Positions 14,148 through 27,980 of a stretch of 64,000 nucleotides of DNA are shown one piece after another. Source of the DNA: Folioceros fuciformis (lineage: Eukaryota); the NCBI GenBank assembly GCA_049999805.1, contig JBNGIO010006279.1, forward strand, positions 92,533 to 156,532. The letters run 5' to 3'. Numbering within the stretch: position 1 is the stretch's first letter; every line of letters starts with the position of its first letter. Under the pieces are notes generated by a model that was not told the DNA's origin, ran no database searches, and was given only the letters and a program-made list of their open reading frames with translations. The position numbers were made by a program, and so were the translations under genes.

Positions 14148-15341
14148 TCAATCCTTGGTTTTATTCGGCGTATTGTTCCTTGTGGCCTTCCTTTTCTTCT
14201 TCCTCTTCCCATTGGTCGGTCCCAGTGCCAAGGCTGTACGCTTCACCCTGCAGGAGTGTGCACAGGAAATTATTAATATGGGAACAATTAAGCTGCTGTT
14301 CGCCTTTGAGACAATAGTCTGAAAAAGTCACCTGACTTGCTCGTTGTCTGGGGACTGACTTCCTGTAAACGCCGCCGGCATGTTAGGGCATTCGGGAAGG
14401 GAACGTAGCATCAATGAAAGACAGATAATTCAGCATGAAAGACAACCTTCGCTTGTGTCCATAGCTTCATCCTCATCCTCCTCTACGGCAGGCACTTCCT
14501 CCTCCTCGTCGCAAACACCTTCGATTCTCCGAGTGCTCACCATCCTAACTCCTGCTGAAGATGATGAAGCCCACCGGTCTCCACCGTCGTCCATGTCCCA
14601 CCGATCACCTACTGGAGGAACCCAGAAGTCGGGCTCACTGTCTACAAGATCAGGCAATTTGGGCCCTTCCACCTCCATGGAAGCCTCATCCTCCTTGCAA
14701 GGCCGTTTCTTTGCAGCCTCATCCTCCTCACAACGCCCACGCTCGGACGACTCTGAAGCCATGCCAGCACAACATTCTTCAGCAAACCCGACACCTCTGT
14801 CCAAACCCAGAAAGCAGATAAACCTCATGCTTCCACCACAAGCCGTTTGGCATGATAATTCCACCATCACAACATACCAAGAGCCCGCGTAAACTTCTTC
14901 CCTGTCATATGCTTCCAGACAGCTTCCTCGGTCTTGTTCAAAACCGCTCCTGTCATGGCGCACACGATCTTATCCCTGTCACAAAATCCAGCCACCTCAG
15001 CTCAAAATCCCAATCTGACGTTACTAGAACCAACCACATGCAACTTTTTCCCATACCCCAGGGAAGATGGGACTCCCACAAACGTTGAAACGGAACACCA
15101 CATCACCAGACCTCAGCAGACGCTACCTTTGAGTGGGGCTTTGCCGAAAGAACCTCTTCAAGGGCCTACTCTCCGTCAGAGCCTTGTCAAAAAGTGCGGC
15201 CTTGCACTTTTTCGTTGAGGCATAGTCCTTGGCATGGGCCTCCGGCATCTCGTGCCCGGTCTCGATGCATTTGACTCGCCCATTATCTAACTTTACGTAG
15301 TGCACTTCCCCTGCGATGCGAAAACCCGCAGGAGCTTCCAT
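14148..15341 (-). CDS. SURF2: Surfeit locus protein 2 (SURF2) family; 5 exons
   Basis: Exons 15341-15127, 14975-14878, about 14752-14447, 14362-14332, 14247-14148. Motifs NGRVKCIETGHEM, KIVCAMTGAVLNKTEEAVWKHMTGKKF, DFWVPPVGDRWDMDDGGDRW and a basic C-terminus KRKKKRK. Confidence 0.85.
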
Positions 15342-16116
15342 GCGCCTTATCCTAGCTGCCACTGCCCTTCAGATCTGAAAGTTCAGACAAAGCAATTCAC
15401 ACGACAACTCCATCAGCTGCTCAAAGCCCGCACAACAGAGGACATCACTCACACAAGTCATCCTAAGCACAACCCAGAACATAACCAACTTAGGTCATCC
15501 GCAGGCACAACCACAAACACATGTGACATCCAATCACAAACAGATTAAACTAAACCCTAAAACCCCTGTGGCGGGATTCTCATGCACGACGGCCATGTCC
15601 AACATCGATGACCGGCTTGCCGGCTCGGACAAGAACGCAGCGACCGAAATCCCACTGGCGACAGGGGGAGCCGGCACCGCAATCCTCCTGGGAGCCTTGG
15701 CTTCCGGACTCAACGTACACCTCCACCGTTCTGGTTCAACGATGTCTGATAACGGGAATGCAGATGACAGCAGACACATATAGTACTGATTGCATGTAAC
15801 TGCCACTGCAGAAACCCACATGGACAGCGGTGCAAATTATCTGGATAGCGTTAGGCGCGTCGTTGCTCCTACTCCTGGGAGTCACCCTCAGCTCCGCCTT
15901 CCCCTTGCTCTCCCTGCACGTCGTGATGCTTAGCGCCCTAGCCGTCAGCTTGTTCCTTCTTCTCCGCTGGTAAATTTTTCTGCTTTGATCCCTTCACAGT
16001 ATTGTGTTGCAAAACGATGCTCTACCCGCTCACGACTCTCGGATTCTGATTCCTTCTTCTCGCAGGTTTGTTGCAGAAACAGGACTGGTGTCTGTACACG
16101 ATCAGATGATCGAACT

Positions 16117-16194
16117 CCAGCTCGTGCGACCCGCTCCAGAGCCCCGGACCCAGCTCGTGCGGCCCGCTCCAGAGCCCCGGACCCAGCTCGTGCA
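16117..16194. repeat. 33-bp tandem repeat, about 2.4 copies
   Basis: CCAGCTCGTGCGRCCCGCTCCAGAGCCCCGGAC twice, plus a partial third copy. Confidence 0.85.
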
Positions 16195-16813
16195 TCCAGT
16201 TCCGAGACCTCGGAGTCATGTAGACTAATAATACATAACTAGGTTCGAAATTCCAGATCCGAGTAGCTGGGAAGGGAAGGCTCGAACATATTGTATGTAC
16301 GACGTTAGTTCGTTATGTTATATCCTTATTTTATCCAAGAAACGCGTATAGTAAAATCTGATTAAAAGTTGCTGGTCTCGCCCCGTCCCCGACTCGAGTC
16401 GACGGCATCTGAGAGATGCGACGAGGAGCCTGAGGTAAATAAAAGAACGCACAGGCTAAGCCTGTGGGAGCGGGGCACATGCCCCCCGCCCTGCTCTGCT
16501 GCCGTGGGCGTCTGAGACACATCGCTCTCAGGATCGTGAGCTTCGGAGGGCTGCCCGCGCAGGTTTTCTGGTGCTGCGACATCGAAAACAGCAGGTCAGG
16601 AAGGAGGAACAAGGATCGGGCCTGGGGGATTCTCACTCCAATTTCCTGTGCAGGAGTGCGTTGGAGCGTCTCGGTCACTGAATTGGACGCTGCCTCTCTT
16701 CTGGAGGTCATGCTTGAGATTTATGGGCGTGCAGGTGGAATCGAGAAATTGGCCCTGCGGGATGAGCTGCTTGAATGTGGAGTGCGGTGTGATTGCGTGA
16801 GCCGGTCGTGGAG

Positions 16814-19800
16814 ATGAGGTGCCACTCGCTGCAAGCCTTGTGGGGCTCTGCGCCTCCACAGCATGAGATCACTGCCATTCTGGGTTTGCAGGTTCCGTTG
16901 TCAGTGTGGACTGGAGCTGCGGACGGCGCTATAGCTGTCTGGAAGTTGTCTCACCCGGACTCGTTTGTGCTGGAAAAGGTGAGTTGAATTGGGGTTGTGA
17001 GGGAGGATCGTTTGGGTTGGATTGTGGTGGCACTGACCTGGTGATTGCTGTAGGAAATATGGCCTTTGGCGTTGTTGTGTGGCCACACTGCAGCCATAAG
17101 TCACTTGGAAGTCTGCGGGCCGAGTGACCGCGTCGAGTTTGTAGATCAGCATGGTGTAGGGTTGTACTCTTCTCACGGGTCAGTGAGTGGTAGGCAGGAA
17201 CTGTGGGATGCTCATGACGCCGTTGTGAGTATTTGTGTGGAAGGTTTCATGTGTGTATGGGATGGCCGTACTGGACACTGTCGTAGACGGAGGAGGTTGC
17301 CACCATGGGTTGGACATCCTGCGACAGTGGCATCCTTCCCTAACGCTCGCCGGTATTTATGCATCTGTTCTAATGGGCCCAGTTCAGGGTCAGGAGTACA
17401 GGTGGTATCTGATGTTCTTGATCTTGAGCGGAAGCCTCTCAGCACTCGATCGGCAATGCCTTTGGGAAGAACAGGAACCAAGATCTCCTCTAAGGGCATT
17501 ATTGTGGTGGTGGATTCTCTTACACTTACTGTTGTCCAGGTTGTTTATAATGGATCACTTGGAATTGGGGTGATGGCGTCCATGACCATAGTGTACGAGA
17601 ATGGTTCAGATACAATTTTAGTGTCAGACGTATTTGGAAAGCTTCGGGCTTGGCCCGGAGTTGTGATAGACAGTGGAAGGGAAGGAGTTTGGGAGAGTGC
17701 GCACGAGGACAGGTCTGAGCACATTCCCATTTCAACGGAATTTTCAACAGATTCACGATGGGGTGAGCGAGCAGAAACAGTTTCCCTCTCTTCGGATGGG
17801 CTGTATCTCCTGGTTGTGTTCCGATCAAGATGGTTGTTGAAAACTGTGGAAGATGGCACAGTGCTAGCAGAGAGGGCATGTCTAGGAAACAACAGGCAGA
17901 GCAACGATCTGCTTGGTGAGCAGTTCGCATGTATGTGGAAGGGAGGTTTGTTTCTGCCCGCAACTGGTTCAGACTCAGATGAAGGGAACACATGCATTAG
18001 GATTTTGGTCTGGGAAAGTGATGGGGGAGCAGTCGTGTACCTTGCAGAGGACTCTGAATTAACGTTTAGTGTGGTTGCGGAACTGCAACCGCTTTCAGCA
18101 CAATTTCAGGGACAGCGGGACGTTCAATTTTGCTCCGTGGATGACCTGGTGATTCGATCTGAATCACTGCAGGCAGGAGCTGCTGAAACTGTTGTGGAGA
18201 CTCGGTTGTGTGCTTGGCACCTGAAAGGTTTGGTTTCGAAGGGCTCTGGGAACAGCTTGAAAGAGACACAGATTTGTTTCCGAGCTGGTTTGTGGGGTGA
18301 TTGGCTTGAAGCAAGTTCCTCTGATGATGTGTGTGGAGCACCTCGGGTTGCCTGGACAAGAAGACGTCCTAGTGTCGAGGCAGATCATGGGTGTACGTTG
18401 GCTTCTGATGGTGAGACTGAAAATCTCTCTTCATGCTTAAGCGAGATGGTGAGGGAGAAGTTGCTAAATGGGTATCGGGTTTTGGATAAAAGATCGTTTG
18501 TCACTGCCACGATGCTTCTGTCAGGCAGCTCTTTTGTCCCTTCCATGCTCGTGTATGGTTATGGAAGTGGAGAGATAAGAATGGTTGAACTGGAAGCTAT
18601 TGAGTTTGCAGGTCTGGCGGATGACCCCAGTCCGGACCACATTTTCAGACAGCGTGCCCGTTACTTTGCAGGTCATATAGCACCTGTTCTTTGCCTGGCT
18701 GAGCATAGAATGGAAAACGTGGGACGGGTTCTCTTATCTGGAAGCATAGATTCATGCGTGTGTGTATGGGATTTAAGAGAAGATGGAGCACTGGTAGCGG
18801 TTTTGCATCACCATACCTCTGCTGTCCGGCAGCTGGTGCTTCCTCCGCCTGGAACAATGGCTCCTTGGTCTAGCTGTTTCATCTCAGTGGGAGATGATGC
18901 TTGTGTGGCTGTAGTGTCACTGGAGACCTTGGAAGTCGTGAGGATGTTTCCAGGGCATCCTGTTGTGCCAAAAACTGTTGCGTGGGACTTCCAGCGTGGA
19001 TACATTGCTGTCTTGTGCCCTCGGTCTGACTTTGGACCAAGTAGTGACTCCCTTTATATCTGGGATGTACACTCTGGTGCTCGTGAGAGGATTTTAAAAG
19101 GTGCTGCAGCGCACTCCATGTTTAGTCATTTCTCTGCTAGGATTCGTCAAAGCTCAGCCAGTGCCAACAATCCCCCTGGTGGAAATGCAACTTCTGCTTC
19201 ATCGCTACTCCCGTCAGTAGATGAACAAACACCAAGTTACAGGGTGCCCACAGCACTTGATGCCACTTACATGGGCTTCAGCGATCCTAACACTCCAAGT
19301 GCTTTAGATGCTGAAGGAGGCGATTTTGATTCTCAGGTTGGAGGCCTGAGGAGCAGCTTAGAAAAACTCAGTGTCAAAGTCGCCCATGTCCTCAAGCCCG
19401 GTGGTAAACCGGAGGTGTCAGTAAGTGGCACAACCTTACGGGGTGGTGCACCGGGGTTGCTTGTCCCGAAGCAGCAGCCGATCAAAGGGGCATGTCCAAT
19501 GCCAGGTGTAGCTGCGCTCCAATTTGAGTTGTCCACATTGATGGCACCAACTCTGGAAGGACTTTCTGTCTTGGGCAAATTGTCATCGTCTTCAAATCAG
19601 GTCGGGTTGCAAGGGGTGCACATTCTGAACAATGTCAGCAACAGAGACCGGCAGAACCAGAACGGCAGTGGCTCGCAAAAAGGACAAAGCTATCCAGCGC
19701 TAAATAGAAATAACACTTTCTTCCTGAGAGTAGATCCTGGGCCTAAGAGCGATGTACCCAATTGGCTGGTGTCAGTTGAAGGTCGGTTGCTGAGAATGAG

Positions 19801-22315
19801 CTTGTCATATCTCCATCTATGGGGAATAGACAAAGCCGTAGACCAGCAGCTGGTGCTTGATCTGCACGTGTACCAACCTGAACACATTGGGCTTGGTGTG
19901 GGGTTTGGTGGAGATCGAGGGGCCATGACGTTGTTCTTTCCAAGTCTAGATGCCACATTTGAGGTATGTACATATTTTCATTGCTAACAATGTCATGAGC
20001 CTTGGCAACTTGGATTCATTTACATGTCTTCCATTCTATCAACCAACCATCAGGATCACCAAAAGCTCCTGTTTTGCAGCCATGGAGAACATGTTCAGAG
20101 TTTTGTGCTATGAGGTCACTTACCCTGGTGTCCCTTGCCCAAAGACTGATTTTGCTTTCAAAACCAGCTTCCTATGCATGCAGGTGATCACTGCTGAAAG
20201 CATGATTTGTGCATGAAAGCAAAGCGAGAAGTTGGTTGTGTTCTTCTAGCGAGGTAGTGTGTCTGATTTGTGCTGTGCTGTCTGCTCGCAGTGAACTAGC
20301 TGGTTTCTATTCAAGAGGATTGGCTGAGAAGCTTCCAGGGGTCATCAGCCCCTGCCTTGAGGTTTGCACTCTTGCTGTAAACCGTGCACCCACAGAATTT
20401 TTACTGCAACAATAGTAGCTAAATAAGATGAACGTTTTACAGATCTACACGTATTACTGGCAAGACCAAAGTGAGCATGTGCGAATGGCAGCTCGAACTC
20501 TATTTCACTGTGCAGCGCTGCGAGCTGTCCCACCAGTTCTTTGGATGCAAAAAAATACAGAAGAGAATTCAGAGCCTACTGCTGACAGAGAAGTCGTGGA
20601 ACAAGATAGTGTTTTGCATTGGCTGGAGTCGTATGAAGACCAATACTGGACTGTCATGGTTGGTGCTACCCGACAAGATGCCCAAGCTGCCAGGATTATC
20701 GTTGCATCTTCCTTGGCTGTCTGGTATCCCACCATCGTGCGACGAGATGTGGCCAGGGTTGTGGCTCCTCTGCTGCTGAAGATGGTAAGGGATGCTAATG
20801 ATAGGCATGTGGCATCGGTGGCAGAAGTTCTCGCGGAGGGAATGGCGTCCACATGGCAGGACATCATTGGCAATCAAATCCGGCACCTCATGGTGGATGT
20901 ATTTGACCAAATTGAGCGTCTGAGCAATACAGGGGGGACGGTTCAGGATCGGGTTACATATCCACCGCCAGTTGCCCCTGCTGTAGCAATGGCAATTCGT
21001 GAAAGCCTAGCAGGCAATCTTCTCCCAAGCTTAGCCATGGCAGATGTGCCAGGATTTCTTCACATTGTACAAAATCAGCTCGATGCAACAGCTTCTGACT
21101 CCCCAGTGCACCGCGTAGCACTGACTGTGCTTATCAGATGTGTCCGGGGGGCTCCAAAAGCTGTACTCCCCCATCTTCCTCAGGTATGCAGACTTATTGG
21201 CCGACCTGGTAAGTTAGGGCACGTCATCAAGAATGTTGCCTTATGTGTTGCTCACATTCTCTTGCCTTGAGTACTGCAACACGTCTGGTAGTAATCAGGT
21301 CATGTTGGTATTTTCTTCGAACCAGGTAACGTCGCTGCTTCTACAAACAATGGAAACCGGAAACTTTTCATTACGCAAGCAGTGTATGCAGACTGCCATG
21401 GCAACCATTCGAGAGATGGTTAGGGTCTTCCCTATGGTAGCTCTTTATCCAGGTTCTCCGACATCAAATGCAAAATTAGCTGTGGGTGATCCCATTGGTG
21501 ATATTCATCTGTTGGCCATCCATGTATATGACCTCCAGAAGTAAGCTGAAAGTTTTCATACTTCACCATTTCGTTTGAAGGTCCACATGAAAGTGCAGTG
21601 CATGTATATCTAACCTGTTTCGCATTGCAGCATAGCCCTTCTCAAAGTTTTGGATGCAAGCGGACCGCCAGGCCATTCAGCACTTCTGTCCTTTGATGAT
21701 TCATCTTCCACCATCAGTGACATCTCGGCGCTCACCTTCTCATCCGATGGCGAGGTAATCCGTTGAGATTTGATCTCGTCCAGATTGAACTGACTGTCAG
21801 AATGGTCCCTTGGAATGGCGCAGCTGCAGACTGATTTGCCACGCTTTTCTTCAGGGTTTGGTAGCCTTCTCACTGAACGGGCTTATTATTCGATGGTGGT
21901 CTTTGGGAGCAGTCTGGTGGGAGAGATTAAGTAGAACACTCGTTCCTGTGCAATGCACGAAACTCCTGCTGGTGCCACCTTGGGCAGGCTTCTCTCCAAG
22001 GTCATCTTCCTCCAGTATCATGCACATGGCAACCATTTCTCATCCTCCCAACAGTGAAAATCATCCTGGGGTGAGTTCCTAACTTATTGGTCGCAGTCGC
22101 AGTTGCTTGAGCTTTCCCCTAATCTTGATTTTCTCATTGAAGTCTTTGCCTTTATAATGACAATGCAGGTCTCCCATCACAGGAGGCTTAGTCAAGACTC
22201 ACACGTCAAACTTGCTTACCATTCTTTCGATCTGTCATATCGCTTGGAATGGCGAGCAGACAAAGTTGTCGTCCTCCTGCATCACGGTCAGGAGCTTGGC
22301 TCTTTCCAACTGTAA
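16814..22315 (+). CDS. WD40-repeat protein, WDR7/Rabconnectin-3beta-like; 9 exons
   Basis: Exons 16814-16978, 17054-19963, 20080-20183, 20292-20361, 20443-21183, 21326-21540, 21631-21754, 21855-22070, 22169-22315. The N-terminus MRCHSLQALWGSAPPQHEITA, LLCGHTAAI, GHCRRRRRLPPWVG, WD repeats and WQDQSEHVRMAAR are typical of plant WDR7 homologues. Confidence 0.9.
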
Positions 22316-22926
22316 ATTTTATCTGAGGAAACTTAAAAACACAATTCTTTGGCAACGTATAGCTGGTACGTTTCCTTCGCAGCTTATTCTGTCGTGGAAG
22401 GATCACGCGTCCAAGTGCGGGCACCCATGGTAGTGGACCACTGCGGCCCAGATATCCGGAGAGATGACGTAATGGTCAATGAAAGCCGCCATCGCGTCAA
22501 CGAACTGCGCCATTGCCCATCCCAGTGAAGGTCCTGCAAGTGTTGAAGGCGGTGGAAGCCCGGATATCGTTGCGTAGCAAGGCAACAAAATCGCTATCAG
22601 TTCAGTCCGGATATGTGTGATTTTCTGCAGGTGGGGGTGGAGTCGTGTTGGCGTACCGCACCCTGCCGGAAAAGCTATACATGCCAGGCTGCCAGCTTAT
22701 GGATAGTTCATCTTCGTTTGTGGGGGTGCTGTGAAGTGCCGTTGCCATCATCGCCCCTTTGTTTGAGTGCTGAACTCTTTGATGCATCGTACAAACCCGC
22801 TTCATCATCATCAGGGCAGGCTCTCGAAAGAATACCTGATAAGAGTGACTGACACAGGCTGAGGAAACAGAAGGTCACAGACCTAACAACTTAGCAAAAT
22901 GTGTATGCCTCATCAGGACTGGGTAA

Positions 22927-22968
22927 GGACGGTGAGACGGACGGTGGGACGGACGGTGGGACGGACGG
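22927..22968. repeat. 12-bp tandem repeat (GGACGGTGGGAC) x about 3.5
   Basis: Seen directly in the sequence. Confidence 0.8.
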
Positions 22969-25900
22969 CATTTAGGACTTGCCTGATCAAGAGTTGCTCA
23001 TCACTTGTTGGGGACTCCTGGTACCGAAAAGTGCGAGCGCAACTTCGGGCAAAGCCGCAGCCAGGGTGTCACCCACGAGTGCCCCAACATGTCGCCTACA
23101 CGGTGACTTGCATTGATACATACAGAGTTGGACACATACATGGAAGACACTCCATCTCTCTTGATCAGTTAGAGCTCCTGCAACATCACACGATTGCAGG
23201 ACAACGGATTCTACCTCGGGGTGTGCATTGTTGTACCATTTGGGTATGATTCAGGGAGTGGAAGGAGGTGATGAGGTTGGGCTGTTATGATCCCCTTTTC
23301 CTGTGGGCCACCTCACCTCCCAGGGCTAGTATTATCTTACCATTTAGATGATCGTGGAGGTGAGACACTTGTGCTACCCGGACCAGTCACGGGCGCAACA
23401 TGCTCTTCCTCATTGCTTTCCGTCTTGGGAGTCCTCTCTCCCTCCAGCCTTCCAGGCCCGGGTGGGCTGGTACCTTTGATACTCCGCGCAAGATCTGTGC
23501 TGTCCACTGCAACAGGGGTCATACCAAGCCTTGTACGGGCGCCCGAGTTTTCGTGATGAAAGTCACTTATCCCGACTGTCAGAGCCATAGCATGATTGAA
23601 GGGGGGCCACAAGCAGGTCATCGTCTATCTGAGGGAGCAGGCTGCCCATCACCTATAGGTCACCGATCTCCCACAGATGTTCAGATTTGCAGCCTCTTAT
23701 TAATGAAACACTGTATCTCGCCTCTTCCAGTGCTGAGAGCCTGAAGGCCGTCAGAGAGCGTTCAGAAACGCATCCCAATCCCTCTCTTGTGGTTTTCTTT
23801 CGCATTTCTGCTGCCGAGTGCGCCAACAGTTCCGTCCGGTCGGGAGACTGGTGGCAGGCTCCGTCAGGGAGCAGGTCCTTCTCCCCGTCCCGACCTCTTG
23901 TTGCCTTGCAAACTGGCAGACAGCGCACAATTCGCCTTGGAAACCGAGCTTCTTCAGCTAGGCGTTCAGTAGTGCAGTGCCCTAAACCCTGCGAAGGGGC
24001 CTGCAGCGGGGGCCACCTTCCAGCTCGCATGTCGTACCATTTCTTTTATGCGCTGGAAGGAAGTGTCGAAACAACTCGCCCAGGCCCTCGTACCTGGCCG
24101 GTGTCAGGATGGGCCACCGAGACTGGTACGGGCGGCTTCCAAGTTCCAACACCGGGCCCAGGCCCTGGGTCCCTGTCTCCTGCCCCCTGCCAGTGCCTCC
24201 TGCAACCCTGTGTGACTGCCAAGGCCGGACCAACTGCCAGACGGCGGGCCGACCCGGCCCGGCCCAGCCCGAGCCCCAATCCCGACTCCCGAGTCGGACC
24301 TGTTGCCGTCCACTGGCGTCCACCGTCCAGCTTCTGCGGCAGTGACCAGTCCGGTGCATCGTGTACAGCCATCACCCTCGTCCGTAAGGCCATAAGACTG
24401 TACATACATGGCAAGCCTGTGAGTGTCGGAGCCTCGGGAAAAGGCCCACGGACGCCGCGTGCGAGGACCGGAATATGCCAAGCGCTCAACGAGACCCTCC
24501 GAGAGCGGAATATGTGCGTAGCCTGAAACAAATTTTGCTGTGCACCATTCAACGACCGCGGCAGCCGTTGCCATTGTCCCTCCCTCTTCTTCTTTACAGA
24601 AGACCGCCCCCCGTAACGGCGTGATCCAGCCAGCTCTGTATAGCAAACAACAGGTCGCCAATCTAGAGGTCTCCCTAGGTCAAATCGAAAGCGGATGGTC
24701 GCAATAAATCCAGCAAAGGACCGTGGCTGTTTCCTTCGCAAGGTTCTTGAGTTGCTCCATAACATGTCAGACACCTTGCTTATGATGATCCTCCTCGGAA
24801 CACACACCAAAACGGAACCGATGTGTGTAGACTTGACAAATGAATGAGCAGTGAATGCGCCGAAGGAGAGCGTAATTGCCGAGAGGACTGGTGTGAAACT
24901 GGCGCCCGCTTCCCTTCCTGCCAGCAGAAAAGAAGCGCAAATGGTGTCAGGACTACTAAAGACTTTGACCAGGCACTTAGCCTCGGGCCTCCATTACCGA
25001 GCATTGAAGCTCTGGAGGATCCGTTCTTGTGTAAAGAGTTTGGAACCTGCAGTCGGTAACAATACTAGACGATCACCCCCATCCCCCCAGAGAGTCCCAG
25101 ACAGTGTGGAGAGGGGATTACTCCATCCCCATCCCTGGATCATCTTGAACAGCTGCATCCTACGTGTGCGTGTCGGTATTGTGGCCCAGATAGATTAAAA
25201 TCATCTTCTTGTGTCCTGCGCTTTCTGTCACACGCAACGTCCTTTTGCACGGATCCTGTCTGCTTTCAATCGAATCGTGCTAATCGGGGTCATCAAGCAC
25301 CTCTGCTGCTGCTGCAGCAGCAAGCATTGCACTGTGCACACGCCACAACCATACGCTTCCCAAACACCGCACAATCACGCAAGGAGAGAGGGGAGATCAC
25401 GCAGGGAGAGAGGGGAGATGCTTAGCTTACCACTGCGAGTACAGCGTGAGAGCCAGCGGTAGAGCGGGATCAGAGATATGCAAAGCGCGCGCTCTGTCAG
25501 TAATGCATTCCAAGAGGCAGAATTGCAGAAGAGTCCAGCTGCTGCTGCTGCTGCTGCTGCCTTGTGCCTGCCATGGCAACAGATTGCAGGAAACGCATCA
25601 TCAGAGCTCCCTGCATTTCCAGGTCCGACGCCGGTGATACGGATGATCCTTCCGTCTACGTCCTTCCCTCCCTCGGGAGCTGGAGAGCGGAAATTTAAAG
25701 TCTGCAATGGCCCCTGCTCCTGCCTCTGCCCCTGTGTGCAGCGCAGGGAGGTGGCGTCCGACTCCGTGCCAACTCCTGACGTTGTCTGCTCGCGTCGCGT
25801 CGCCTCTGCCGGTGCCTCAGCCACTGTCATGGCCAGTGCCAGTGCATGAGTGCCGCCAGTTCCCTCCACATACAAGCGCCATTATCGTCCATCGTCGTCG

Positions 25901-27705
25901 GCCAGGCCGCAAGACCGCTGGACCGCTTGGCGCTGGACCCGAGCAGCGCTCTTCAACGTTCAAACAATGGCAGCCTCGGGCCGAGGCTGCAGGCGCGGGA
26001 CCGGGGCTCGAGGTCATGAGTGCAAACGCTCGAGAACATGAGTCAGGTGAGGTCGCCGGGGCGGGCCGGGGCTGGCAGGCTCGGCGCACAGGAGGGTGGT
26101 GGGTACATACGCACCGCATGCGCTCATGGGGCCATGCTCCATATGCTCTCGTGACGCTAACCCATGACGGACGACGGCGTCATCGATGGATGGGTCACGC
26201 AAGAGGGCCGACCCGGGGCCTGGGCCCGGGTCTCCTTCAGAAACATCGTGACTATTCACAATGCATTCCACCTCGGTTTTGTGGCACGCGATGCCAAGGG
26301 AGCTTGTACATCTTCTATTCACCACTAAGGACACAAGGACGCAAGCCTAGCAGTGGACCAGCTCTTGTCTTCACTTGTCATCTCCCACACGCTCAGATAT
26401 GGGATCTCTCTTACTTGCCGTCTCCACGATCTCAATTCAACGTTGGATGAATGAGTGGGATACACCAGACAGCAACAGGAAGCAGCAACAGCAGCAGCAA
26501 CTGGAGCAGCAGCAGCTGCAGCAGCCATTCCTTCCATCACCAACCAACACCCACCTCATTCATAGCCCAGCCAGAACCAGCCTTGCAGACGGCGGCTAGT
26601 GCGAATCACTCACCTAAACCTCCCATGTCACCCTCCATACCAACAGCAATCCTCCAAGAGGATGAGACCAGGGTTGACAGCTTGACGTCGAGGGACTGGA
26701 GAATTATGTGTTACGAGGCGGAAAGTAGGTGGGCTGGAACAGCAGGATGCAAGAGCAAGAGAAAAAGCCAACAGGAGCAGAGAGTGCGGCGCGTGTGAAG
26801 TGGGCCAGTAAAGGCAGGATGCCAGCCGCCCTCCAGTAAGACGCCTCTGACGCCATTGTCTGAGGCCAGGGACATTTTTCCCCCACTTTTCCTTAGTTTA
26901 GTTGTCGGCCACAAAATCCGCTCCATGTCCGGTGTCTCTTCTCCTCATCCCCCTTGCCTTTGCAATCTCGCTTTAGGGAGGAGAACAAGTCCTTCATTCC
27001 AGGGACTCAATGTGAACATGGGATTCTGCAACTTGGACTTGGATGGTCAAGAAAGTCCTCAGGTCGACAACGTGCTGTGATGAGTCTGCATTCCTTCTTA
27101 GCGGCCAAAACCTATTACCGAAAATTCACATAATTTATTGGCTTCTTGGACTGGACTTTGCCTCGGAACGGGCTACCTGCTTCGGAAGGCGTGAGGTTTG
27201 GATAGATTATTGACGTGGTGCCTGCGGGCACTTCGCTACGTGATTGTGGATCTGGGAACTTGTGAGATTTGAGTAAATCGTTAAGCTGATGAAAAGACTT
27301 CCAGATACCTACCTATCTAGGGCGCTGTGCGATTTTCAAATAATTTATGTAGTTATTCACAAACCCTAAACTTAACATCAATGTAATCTATTATACTTTT
27401 TGAGAATGATGTTCTAAGGGGTTAGTACTTTTTTATGCCCTGGGGGCTATGCTTGGGTTGTTCCTCCAATCTTCGGAGTAGATGAGATTTTCTATCTCTT
27501 TTTAAATAATAAAAAATAATCTTCACTCTAATCTCTTCTCTTTCAAACCAACCAAGCCCAGTGTGCTTTTTTTGTGAGAGGATTAGGAGGTTCTTAAAAT
27601 TTGGGGGAAAGAGGATTCAAAGGTTTCTTACATTGCTTTTCAACTTCAAGATCATGAATTCAAGGTCATCTTTGTATTTGTTACTTCTATGTCTCTCATT
27701 CTCCC

Positions 27706-27980
27706 TACCTAATCTTATTGGGTTCCCCACGATCCTAACTTTCATTCATTGCACCTTCCTTCAAGGGTTTAGGGTTCATTTAGGAATTAGGAATTAGGGT
27801 TAGGTACCCCTTCATTGCACCTTCCTTCAAGGGTTTAGGGTTCATTTAGGAATTAGGAACTAGGGTTTAGGGTACCTAACCTTATTGGGTTCCCCATGAT
27901 CCTAACTTTCATTGCACCTTCCTTAAAGGGTTTAGGGTTTAGGGTTCATTGCCCTTTCCTTCAAGGGTTTAGGGTTCATG
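27706..27980. repeat. Compound repeat (A-B-B-A-b-b) containing plant telomere motifs (AGGGTTTAGGGTT)
   Basis: Unit A TACCTAAYCTTATTGGGTTCCCCAYGATCCTAACTTTC occurs twice. Unit B ATTGCACCTTCCTTCAAGGGTTTAGGGTTCAT occurs four times with variants. Confidence 0.85.

Noticed and set aside
15375-16260. N-terminal extension of SURF2 or a separate gene
   Set aside because: There is an in-frame TGA just upstream of the SURF2 ATG and the ORFs here show no homology; treated as promoter/leader with a telo-box near 15552.
23653-24810. ORFs of 279, 254 and 185 aa
   Set aside because: They overlap on both strands, are Pro/Gly/Arg-rich and carry no domain motifs; not called as CDS.
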